Assembly: GCA_965140415.1 (NCBI GenBank)
Contig: OZ223209.1
Coordinates: 1,184,001 to 1,248,000, forward strand
Reading direction: 5' to 3'
Length of the DNA: 64,000 nucleotides
Origin: Myxococcota bacterium
GTDB taxonomy: Bacteria; Myxococcota_A; SURF-8
Both the position numbers and the translations under genes were made by a program. Below, piece by piece: positions 1 to 9,049 of the stretch (within the stretch, counting starts at the first letter, position 1; each line of letters opens with the position of its first letter). The notes under the pieces were generated by a model. It ran no database searches and was not told where the DNA came from. It worked only from the letters and a program-made list of their open reading frames with translations.

Positions 1-1503
1 TGGATGATAAAGCCCCCAAGTACTTGTGTCGGTATAATATTTCCATGTCCAGAATCCCCAGTGAATCCCTCTTTCGTTCAGTAGTTCCAGTACAAGATCC
101 ATCCCTTCCACCGAAACATCCGGATGTCCGTCGTTTCCATCCGCCGCATTGAATTCACCCAGATATATGGGACATTCAAAGCGGTCAAAGGCATTACCAA
201 ATTCTCTCAGATTGCGATCGATATTATTCAGATACTCCTGGGCTGTATCCCCACCCGGATAAAGGTGCAGAGAAAACATTGCGTTTTGCCAGCCCATCTC
301 TTTGGGCGAACGGATACTGGAAAGCGATTTATAGCCATCTTCGATCATGATGATATGACGAGAATCGACTTCGCGAATGGCCTGATAAATCCCATCATGT
401 ACACTGGCGTACGTCTCCACATCCGGCGACGCCATCGGTTCGTTCATCAGGTCGAGTATGGCAATATGCGGTTCATCTGCGAAATAACTGGCGATGGCTT
501 TCCAAAGGCGGGTCGTTTTATCGATGCAGGCTTGATTGGTCCATAGAAATCCACCGTTCTCCAATCCTTGATGCCACGAGGTGCTTTGCCCACCCGGTGT
601 ACCGTGCATATCGAGCATCAGATACACTTGATGTTTGCGCGCCCATCCAACCAAACGATCCAGTCGTTCCCAGCCATCCGGCTTGAAAGCGTTTTCGTCT
701 TCTTCATCGCTTTCGAGCGCTTCGTACCAGATCGGAACCCGGATCAGATTCAAGCCCAGTTCCGCAACCCGTTGCACATCCAGTTCGGTGATGTAACTAT
801 CCTGGAAGGTTTGTCGCAATTCCAGGTATTTTTCCTTACCGAAACGAGCATCAAGGTGTTTCCACAGCGAGCGTTCCTCGTAAATCCAGGGCTCGGATTC
901 GAACCATGCCCAGAACTGATCCAAGCCGGGAAGATCCTGCTCTGTAGCATTTTGATAAGTATACGGTTTCCACTCCTGCATCAACATCCAATGGGATTTC
1001 GATTCGATCAACCAATCAAATGCCGTTTGATCGCGTGCGGATTCTACCAACTCTGCTACACCGAACTCCTCCGCTTTTGTTGGGATCAGCTCTAGAAAAT
1101 CCCACTCAAACAGCAAACCGACACCGGAGAGCCAAGTTTCCATCATCATCCAACTTCCAAAGTTCACACCACGCAACATGATTTTATTGTCATCTTCATC
1201 GACGATGTCCGTTCCATCCACATGCAAAAACGGTAGGGTCGCTGCTTCGGCAGGTGTTGGCCGGATTGGAAAGGTCTGCGTGTTCGGCTGGCAATCCGCC
1301 CATTTCGTATGATCGAGAGAAACATCTGCAAAGTCGGCATCACTTTCAAAATCAACATCCCCTTCATTCTCGATATCCGTTTCAACGTCACCATCATAAA
1401 CATCCATGTCGCCGTCCGGGACGGTTTCCCTGCTGGTTGTGTTGCAGGCTGGCAACAGGACGATGCTAATGATAAGTAGCCATATCGCCGGGGTCGTTTT
1501 CAT
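1..1503 (-). CDS. GH5 (cellulase-family) glycoside hydrolase lipoprotein; runs off the left edge, absent from ORF track
   Basis: Manual translation from ATG 1503: MKTTPAIWLLIISIVLLPAC (lipobox), acidic DGD linker, then LRGVNFGSWMMMETW, LNLIRVPIWY, LDMHGTPGGQS, DLMNEP (acid/base), YLGEFN (nucleophile), WTWK. Confidence 0.9.
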   Translation of the reverse strand, partial: MKTTPAIWLLIISIVLLPACNTTSRETVPDGDMDVYDGDVETDIENEGDVDFESDADFADVSLDHTKWADCQPNTQTFPIRPTPAEAATLPFLHVDGTDIVDEDDNKIMLRGVNFGSWMMMETWLSGVGLLFEWDFLELIPTKAEEFGVAELVESARDQTAFDWLIESKSHWMLMQEWKPYTYQNATEQDLPGLDQFWAWFESEPWIYEERSLWKHLDARFGKEKYLELRQTFQDSYITELDVQRVAELGLNLIRVPIWYEALESDEEDENAFKPDGWERLDRLVGWARKHQVYLMLDMHGTPGGQSTSWHQGLENGGFLWTNQACIDKTTRLWKAIASYFADEPHIAILDLMNEPMASPDVETYASVHDGIYQAIREVDSRHIIMIEDGYKSLSSIRSPKEMGWQNAMFSLHLYPGGDTAQEYLNNIDRNLREFGNAFDRFECPIYLGEFNAADGNDGHPDVSVEGMDLVLELLNERGIHWGFWTWKYYTDTSTWGLYHP

Positions 1504-1515
1504 GTTGTCATCCCT

Positions 1516-3804
1516 TTAATTCTCATTGGTATAGTGTTCGGATTCGCAAACGAATTCCGCAATATCAAAACCCCAAGCCGTCGGCAAATCTCGTTTCATT
1601 CCTATAATTACAGTCCTGTAGAAACCACTATGGCTCGGATTCCATTTAACCCTGTTGTCTATTGCACGTGCATCAGCCAGGCCAAACACGACGAGGTCAA
1701 CCGCATCTTCACTTGGCGACCAAACCCAGTTTTCGTTTGTTCTGCAGTTCTGTTCGGGCTGATAAAACGATAAAGATGTCACATTTCGATCTGTTACGGG
1801 TAAGGCTCTTACAGCATCCAGTAATTGGGCAACCTTACCAATGCTAAACACAAAGCGATTTTCACTGGAGCGCTCGCGAGCTTCTTCGGCTTTCAGCAAA
1901 GCGTCGTTGCCCGATTCACCGCCCTGTTTTTCCGCCAGTGCGCGAAGCGACCACAATCCCATTTCACCTTCGGACTGGATCTTTTGAAGCGGAAAAGCCA
2001 GTTCATCAACCAGGTCAAACGCCAGGGCGCTGTGGTGAACTTCGAACCGGATGGCGGCCATCCGCCCGAACAATGGCAACAGGTCGAATACTTCATTGAG
2101 ATCCGGATCGGAATCGTATTTTAGTTTCTGAATCAAAGAATCGATGGCCGTTTCCAGTTTACGGTGCCCCGTGTCTTCCTGTGCGTGACCGTCAAAGAGT
2201 TCCATAACAAAACGAAGGGTATCGATATCATTTTCACTGGAATCGTACGGCCTGATTCCGTTTTTCCCCTCCAAATCCGCCGCCACGTCACGACCCTTTG
2301 ATGGCTTGTATGGTCCCGGATCCTGCATAAACATCGCAAAGCTGCCGATATTCAATCGCGACAACCCACCTTGAATGGAAGCGTTGTGCATGATACCGGA
2401 TACCGAAGATAAGAGCGGCTCGTCCCGCCCGGAGAACGCACCAAGCAAAATACGCCCGGTAAAACCGTCCCCACCATCGTTCGCCCAGAAGTTGTCCCAG
2501 ATCACCGGTTTGCGATCAAGCGCATCCACAAACGCATCCAAGTCGGAACCGAACATGTTCAGATTCGAAGTGCCGGGTCCCGTCCACATGACAGCGATTT
2601 CCCGGTCTAAATCAGCCAGCGCGTTCAAATAGCCGACACCATCATCAAACATTGCGATGCGCTCGTCGCTATACACGGTCGGAACAAACATCATATTGAC
2701 GTCAGGATCCAGCAATTGCAGTTCGCCGAACAGGCGATTGGCAACCGAGACATGATTGGCTGCCATCTCAGCATCCACGGGATATTCCGTATCGAATTCG
2801 ATATCGTCCGCCAATAGTGCGATTCCACTGGCTCCAAGCTGGACAAATTCAGTCGCTTTGTTTCTCAGAATGTCAAAATCCTCATCTTGAGACGCATCGA
2901 AATCGATATAGGGGCTGATGCCGAAAAGGAAGGTGATCCGGGATGCTTTACTGTATTCAAACAAGTCCTGAAACCGGCTCTTTTCCGATTCCGTGTAGGG
3001 TTCTCGCCAATTCTCACGATGTTTGTCGTCCCATTTCGGGCAATACAGATAGGTCCCAAGACCGGTTGCGGCGATTCGTTCGATCATGGCGAGCCGTTCG
3101 CCCCACGACCACGGAACCCCATAGAAGCCCTCAATCACACCTGAGAGGGGAAACAATGGATCTGTTGCATCTTTAAAAACATCCGGCTCAGGCGGAATGA
3201 AGGATTCAGGCGCCCATGCCTTTATTTTCAGACTGCTCAAAGAAGCCGAGCCCTGTGTTTGGAAAAGAAGCTGTATGCATCCCGCCTCTGACCCTGAGAG
3301 ATCGATTTCTTCCCCGATTTCCTCCCAAATCAGACTCTGTTTTGCTTGGCCTTGACAGGCATCCATCAAGGTGATTGTCAGTTTTGGGATTTCTCCTTCA
3401 ACAGCCAGTTCTGCGCTTTCAATGGAAACCTGCTCATGCAACCACGGTTGCAAGTCGATCATCAGCGTGGTTTCGTTATTTTCCGGAATCTTCCAGGAAG
3501 TCTCGGGATTGTCGTCGCGAATGGTCGCGATGGCGTCCTGGCTTTCGATCGGCCAGGGAAAGAAGTCTTGTTTCGTATCACTCGCGTCGAGACGGCTGTA
3601 TGGAATCACATCAATCAAAACGAGGCGTGCTTCTACGTCGCCTTCGTCATGTTCTTGAACATCACTTTCGGCCTGATCCAGATCCGAATCTCCGTCAATA
3701 TCTGGAAGATCAGAGGATTCACCACTCGTACAGGCTGCAATTACCAGACCTGCCAGGCTCAACAGAACTATCGACATCCAATGTTTCATCCAAGTGACAT
3801 CCAC
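1516..3804 (-). CDS. GH84 beta-N-acetylglucosaminidase/hyaluronidase-family lipoprotein (start may be ATG 3789)
   Basis: Lipobox IAAC; GVIEGFYGVPW, YLYCPKWDDKHRENWREPY, LLADDI (catalytic DD), WTGP, IWDNFWAND. Confidence 0.88.
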   Translation of the reverse strand: MDVTWMKHWMSIVLLSLAGLVIAACTSGESSDLPDIDGDSDLDQAESDVQEHDEGDVEARLVLIDVIPYSRLDASDTKQDFFPWPIESQDAIATIRDDNPETSWKIPENNETTLMIDLQPWLHEQVSIESAELAVEGEIPKLTITLMDACQGQAKQSLIWEEIGEEIDLSGSEAGCIQLLFQTQGSASLSSLKIKAWAPESFIPPEPDVFKDATDPLFPLSGVIEGFYGVPWSWGERLAMIERIAATGLGTYLYCPKWDDKHRENWREPYTESEKSRFQDLFEYSKASRITFLFGISPYIDFDASQDEDFDILRNKATEFVQLGASGIALLADDIEFDTEYPVDAEMAANHVSVANRLFGELQLLDPDVNMMFVPTVYSDERIAMFDDGVGYLNALADLDREIAVMWTGPGTSNLNMFGSDLDAFVDALDRKPVIWDNFWANDGGDGFTGRILLGAFSGRDEPLLSSVSGIMHNASIQGGLSRLNIGSFAMFMQDPGPYKPSKGRDVAADLEGKNGIRPYDSSENDIDTLRFVMELFDGHAQEDTGHRKLETAIDSLIQKLKYDSDPDLNEVFDLLPLFGRMAAIRFEVHHSALAFDLVDELAFPLQKIQSEGEMGLWSLRALAEKQGGESGNDALLKAEEARERSSENRFVFSIGKVAQLLDAVRALPVTDRNVTSLSFYQPEQNCRTNENWVWSPSEDAVDLVVFGLADARAIDNRVKWNPSHSGFYRTVIIGMKRDLPTAWGFDIAEFVCESEHYTNEN

Positions 3805-3817
3805 GATACACCAGCCC

Positions 3818-4837
3818 TTAACGCAAAAGCGATTTCAACTTACCCCGTAATTCTTCGGCTCTGCCTTTATCCATTCCCTTGTGATGATATATGCCATAGG
3901 GCAACTGCGTTTCTTGTTTGAGGAAATCAGGGAGTGCGACAAGAGTTTCGACTATTTCCTTTTCCGTAACGCCTATCTGTTCCGGTTTATACCTAACTTC
4001 GGCTTTATCCAGGAAGGACTTAATTGGAGTAACATCCTGCTCCTGGTATAGCGCCGTTATTAAAATCGCCAAGGCAATCAATTCGCCGTGAATGTACGAA
4101 CGGTGGGTGATCGATTCCAGGCAGTAGGCGAAGTAGTGCTCCGAACCTTCTTCTGGACGGCTGTTGCCGTGCGTTTCGCACAATGCTACTTCACCGACAT
4201 ACAGCTCTGAGATTAACTTCAATCCCCCATTATCACAGGCGCGAACTGCTTCCGGTTTGGCAAGCAAATCATCGAGAAGCTTCTGAGATGCATGCGCTAT
4301 TGATTCATCATAGTCTTCTGCGACGGTATCGGCTGCCAGTTTCCAGTCATGCAGGGCCGTGAAGATGGAAAGAATATCGCCGACGCCCGCGCGGTTGAGC
4401 CGCTTGGGTGAGCGTTTCAGCAAATGAAAATCGATCAGCAGTTTTTCAGGCAGAATCTGACCGACATAGCGGACGTGGTGATCGACGCGCACACCGACCG
4501 CGCTCGTGAACGCGGCATCCACGCTTACAATGGACGGCATCAGGATCAGGGGTAGCCCTTTCATCCAGGCCGCCATCTTCGCCGCATCGCAAGCCGACCC
4601 GCCGCCAATGCCGAATAATGCAGATACCTCGGATAAGGATTCGATTTGCACCCTTAACGCACCTTCTTCCATAGATTTTGGGGTAACCACGAATTCCGGT
4701 GCAGATGGAAATTCATCCGCTACCAGATCCCACGCTTCCTCAGCACAAAAAACACCACACGTTTCAAATAAGCTTGGGTCTAGAGTTTGAAGAAGCTTTT
4801 CTCCATATATTGGCTCAGCCTGCCGTACCTCAGCCAT
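3818..4837 (-). CDS. sn-glycerol-1-phosphate dehydrogenase-like (EgsA/AraM-type) metal-dependent dehydrogenase
   Basis: GIGGGSACDAAK, PSIVSVDA, AGVGDILS, SRPEEGSEH, HGE motifs. Confidence 0.8.
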   Translation of the reverse strand: MAEVRQAEPIYGEKLLQTLDPSLFETCGVFCAEEAWDLVADEFPSAPEFVVTPKSMEEGALRVQIESLSEVSALFGIGGGSACDAAKMAAWMKGLPLILMPSIVSVDAAFTSAVGVRVDHHVRYVGQILPEKLLIDFHLLKRSPKRLNRAGVGDILSIFTALHDWKLAADTVAEDYDESIAHASQKLLDDLLAKPEAVRACDNGGLKLISELYVGEVALCETHGNSRPEEGSEHYFAYCLESITHRSYIHGELIALAILITALYQEQDVTPIKSFLDKAEVRYKPEQIGVTEKEIVETLVALPDFLKQETQLPYGIYHHKGMDKGRAEELRGKLKSLLR

Positions 4838-4848
4838 TTGTCATCCTT

Positions 4849-6477
4849 TCATTTTCCGTTTACCGTGGTGTCGGTTTCCGCCAAGCGGTCGAATACAACT
4901 CGATATCCCCGCATCAATCTTGCTGCCACGGTGGGCCCTGAAGAATGTCCTTGGGACCAGTGATTGTCTGGATCCAATTGATAGTGGGGAAAGATGTACC
5001 CTATCTCCACATCGCATAATCCGGAGATGAAGCGGTTTGGGGTGGTGATAAACTGTTCCAGGTAAGGTTCCCGCTCATAATCGGCATACTCTCCCGGGAC
5101 AGGTTCCGGGTCCGGATATTGCCCGATTACCAGTTCGGGAGTCATTTCACCGGGAACGGATATCCAGGTCATGACGTCGCCAAACAAAATGGCGCTTGCC
5201 GGGATATCAATACACGCAAACAAGTCGCATTCGTCACCATCATCGTATAAGTAGCCATCAAAGCCGTCAATCATGCCGCTTACTAGACCCGCATAGAATT
5301 CGAAGTTTTCGAGTACCAGTTTCTGTCTGACCATCGCCGAATTTATGGAAACACAAACCGGAGGATCGCTGCTGCCCAATGCGGAACCAATCACCTCTGC
5401 ATAAGCTTTCCCGATGCGTTCCGCATCCTCAAAGCTTTGCGTGCTCGGCGTCTGCATCAATCCCAACGCACCGGAAAAATAGATCGCCATGCCGCCGAAT
5501 TCCGCTTCGATTTCTTCGCGTAGATAATGAGGATAGTCTGAAGACAGGAGCAGATTTTCAGATCCTGCCGCTTCCGGGTGATTGGCAATGCTCATCATGG
5601 TGGAGATGACATCTCCATTTTGTGCCACGCCCTGGATGATGCCGATTGTTGGATCTTTCACATCCGGCGGATCAATATCCACAACGACATCTCTGGGCTG
5701 AATGGCGGAAGCGAATCGCAACTCACCGGGTTGCATATCATCGAGAGCTTCCACAGCCGCCTGCGCTGTCAATTCAACCACTTGATCGAGGTATTCCGGG
5801 GGCATCAGATCCCAAATACCCTGTGTATCAGGCCCCTGGTGGGTATGAGTGCTTGCCCAGTGAACGGTTCTTTGAGCGATATCGGCTTCCGGACGCAACT
5901 CGCTGATTCTATCGACCAAGCCGTCATAGCGAGCCAAGCCCAACCCGATGAGATCACTGGCGCAAAACAGGTAAGCCTGACCGTTTGCCTCTACAGCCAT
6001 ACATCTGCTCCAGAGTGAATCATGAACTCCCTGGGCCTGCCGTGCTCCAAATCCGGCTAAATATACGGGATCGTATTGTCCGTTCTCATTCGTATCCGCA
6101 TAACTTTCCTCATTCTCGCGCCAGGAGTTACCGTTGGTATCCTCGTATGGTTCAACGGTAGGCGTGATGTTGCGCTTTGCAGCACCTATCCTCATCGTGC
6201 AGGTGAAAGGAGAATCCATTTCGCCATTTTCAATATCTGCATCTTCCGTCGCATCAGATTCAACTACCTCGTTTGAATCGAGGTCTCCATCCGTGTTTGG
6301 CAATGCTTCATTGGATGTGCAGGCGGTTATGCAAGCCATAACGAGCCCTAAAAGCATCAGCAAACAAACCCGAAAATTAATGAGTTCATCTTTTTCAATC
6401 ATGGCAAAGCTTATCTCCTGAGTCTGAAAACAAGGCAACAATGACGGCTGCTGTCTATTGACAGTTGCTGCCAACAA
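4849..6477 (-). CDS. Neutral/alkaline ceramidase-like lipoprotein (true start probably ATG ~6402)
   Basis: GVHDSLWSR, STHTHQGPDT, NHPE, LSSDYPHYLR, VPGE motifs; lipoprotein-type signal followed by DGDLD linker. Confidence 0.72.
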   Translation of the reverse strand: MLAATVNRQQPSLLPCFQTQEISFAMIEKDELINFRVCLLMLLGLVMACITACTSNEALPNTDGDLDSNEVVESDATEDADIENGEMDSPFTCTMRIGAAKRNITPTVEPYEDTNGNSWRENEESYADTNENGQYDPVYLAGFGARQAQGVHDSLWSRCMAVEANGQAYLFCASDLIGLGLARYDGLVDRISELRPEADIAQRTVHWASTHTHQGPDTQGIWDLMPPEYLDQVVELTAQAAVEALDDMQPGELRFASAIQPRDVVVDIDPPDVKDPTIGIIQGVAQNGDVISTMMSIANHPEAAGSENLLLSSDYPHYLREEIEAEFGGMAIYFSGALGLMQTPSTQSFEDAERIGKAYAEVIGSALGSSDPPVCVSINSAMVRQKLVLENFEFYAGLVSGMIDGFDGYLYDDGDECDLFACIDIPASAILFGDVMTWISVPGEMTPELVIGQYPDPEPVPGEYADYEREPYLEQFITTPNRFISGLCDVEIGYIFPHYQLDPDNHWSQGHSSGPTVAARLMRGYRVVFDRLAETDTTVNGK

Positions 6478-6558
6478 ATATCATTCCAAGAGACCTTTTG
6501 CAATGAAAATGGGTTATCGTAATCGTACGAAGGGATTCAGGCGGGGGACGAATGCCGC

Positions 6559-6639
6559 GAGGTTATAGAAAAGCACGAACGAATAGCAGTGGAAATTGTA
6601 AAGCTAGCTGAAAAAAGAAACGAGGAGCTAACGAGATGA
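6559..6639 (+). pseudogene. 3' remnant of a gene formerly upstream of ygjP, probably type I restriction subunit hsdR
   Basis: Reads EVIEKHERIAVEIVKLAEKRNEELTR*; its TGA overlaps the ygjP ATG (ATGA); ygjP-like genes usually follow hsdR. Confidence 0.45.
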
Positions 6640-7338
6640 ACAACACATCTCAAGACGATATTGATTACAAGGTCTTTCGAAGCGACAGAAAGACTGCAGA
6701 CATCGTAATCGAAAGAGATGGCCGTGTTCTGGTGCGCACACCTGAATGGGTAGATGACAGTCAAGTTGAAGCCATTATCGACTCCAAGAGGTACTGGATC
6801 TATAAGAATCTCGCTGAATGGCGAGATCTAAACGCCACCCGAATTTTGAGAGAATACCGCAACGGAGAAGGTTTTCTTTATCTTGGCCGCTCCTACCGGC
6901 TGTCGCTTGTTATGGAACAGGAAAAGCCGCTTCTTTTGAAGAACGGTCGTTTTTATCTACTCAGAGAACTGGTTGAACAAGGGGATGTTGAGCCTGCTCG
7001 TGTGGCGTTCAGGAATTACTACATCACTCGAGGCCTAGACCGCATCAGCAAACGTGTTGAATACTATGCACCTAAAGTCGGAGTGAAGTACTCCAGCATT
7101 GACGTACGCGAATTGGGTAATCGATGGGCGTCTTGTTCAAAAACGGGAAAGCTCGCTTTTCATTGGAAATGCATGATGGCTCCCCAAACTATTCGATTAC
7201 GTTGTCGTTCACGAACTCTGCCATTTGCATACCCGTGATCACACAGACGTCTTCTGGAACGAAGTGGATAAGATTCTCGCCGATTATCGCGAACGGAAAG
7301 AATGGCTACGTAAGCAAGGGGCGGGGCTGGATATATGA
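6636..7338 (+). pseudogene. YgjP/DUF45 (M48-like) metallopeptidase-family gene, frameshifted near 7192
   Basis: First frame to RWASCS...WKCMMAPQTI; continuation in another frame DYVVVHELCHL(HExxH)...DHTDVFWNEV...WLRKQGAGLDI* ending 7338. Confidence 0.85.
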
Positions 7339-7542
7339 CCTCGCTAATATCTGGGAAAAGTCCTTTATTTCAGCGCCTATATTCTTCGTGATTTCAATAT
7401 ATTCCAAGTTTTCACCAGTCCAGTACACCCCAATCAGAGAGAGTTTGTCGGTAACACTCGCACAACGTACCGGGAATCGAACTCGGGGTTTTATGGCATG
7501 GCTAACTATTTGGCGGAAGGGTATGATATTGTTAACGATTCT

Positions 7543-7796
7543 CATTTCGGACGGGCAAGCCCACATTTCGGACGGCGTCCGAAATAATAGAGAAACAGAG
7601 AGAGATTTGCGGAGAATTGGTGAGAAATGGGCAGGATGTGGAACAGGCTCGTCCTTTTTAAGTCCGAATTGAGAATGATAGACAGCGGCGAAAACCTATA
7701 GATATTCAGCACATATAGCGCGTTATCATAAAACGAAACAAGCTCCATGGAGTAACCATAGAGCGAGTTCGAAAAACAACTAATGGTGGAGGCGGG
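7543..7796. repeat. Island-end module 1 with ATTTCGGACG/GTCCGAAA motifs, a hairpin and a displaced tmRNA 3' fragment TGGTGGAGGCGGG (7784-7796)
   Basis: 13-bp identity to 32514-32526; motif spacing identical to 32273-32526. Confidence 0.8.
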
Positions 7797-7992
7797 ACAT
7801 TGCGTTGCGTATACACTAACCGACCTCCACTCTGTAAGTACATGTTATATCGAAACTATCTACGGAAAGCCAGCCAAAAAGATGAAAAAGAAGCGTCGAT
7901 GATTCACATCATATCCTGATGTCCACTACCTCGTTTTCTCTGCAAGATTGCCGACAGTTGCGTACAAGAATACAATTATCACGAAACCATCT

Positions 7993-9006
7993 TTAATGAT
8001 CCCAAATCACCCGAACCGAATCCACAAACACCCAACGGGGACCTGTGCCATCAAGGCAATCCACTCCGGTAGAACCGTGATCGTACAAAATCAAGGTATG
8101 ATCTCCAGGTTTCAGCCATATCACTCCACTGGAAAGATCCATCCATTGGTTTTTATATTGCGATGCGGCAAACGGACCGTATAGCCTGTCGCTTGCACCT
8201 TCTCTGATGAGACCATAATAAACATCATCTGCGTGTCGGTATGAAGCTCCATAATCACAGAGGTATCCTTCCGCCGGTATCTTTACCTGGATTTTGTAGA
8301 AACCTTCTACCGGCACACTAAAGTCCCAACGGGCGTTGTCGCCGGAATAGTCTGTAAGATCACTTGCATCCGGGATCTCGCAACCTGTAGTCCATGTCCA
8401 GCGAATATTTAGGTTGTTGACGGTCGGCCCATCGTGCCATCCGCCAGCTGTCGGATTGGCGCAGGTGGCACTTGTATCCACTGGCGTATTTTGACGATAT
8501 TGTTGGCCTTCGCGCTGATGTACGAAATCATCACATGTACGGAATCCGAAGTCTCCACTGCTGCAATCGAGGCAATAACCATCCGGATCGCAGGCCCAGC
8601 CTTCCTGGCAGTCTCCACAGTCGCAGTCGCCGACATCGCCGCAGCGGTTCTGGCAGCTGTCCTCACAATCGTTCTGGCATTGGCCACTCAGGCAAGTAGT
8701 CTCCGTATCGCAGGTCTGAGTTCCGGTTACTACATAGCATGAGCCATTCGTTCCGCAACTGGTGATAGTGCTGTCGTTACTGCACCAGGAGCCGCTGCCG
8801 TGGTTGTTATCCTGGCACCAGTTGGACGGGCAGGAGCAGGATACGCAGCCGCCGATGTCGTCATTGCAGCGACGGTTACTGGCGCAGTATTCGTAGACCT
8901 CGTAGGAGCCCCTTGACACAAGATCGCCGTTGCAGCTGGCGCTGGTACCCGAACAGTAGCGGTCGTACCACATGATGTACACGTCATCGCCGCAGGCGGT
9001 GCCATC
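7993..9006 (-). pseudogene. 5'-truncated Cys-rich surface protein with C-terminal golvesin/Xly-CBD-like beta-sandwich
   Basis: Frame opens right after a TAA (DGTACGDDVYIM...) with no signal peptide or RBS; C-terminal ARWDFSVPVEGFYKIQV...QWMDL...VFVDSVRV. Confidence 0.6.
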
Positions 9007-9049
9007 TTAACCCAGGATCCATCGTAGCCATGGACATGGGCTAGTCAGT

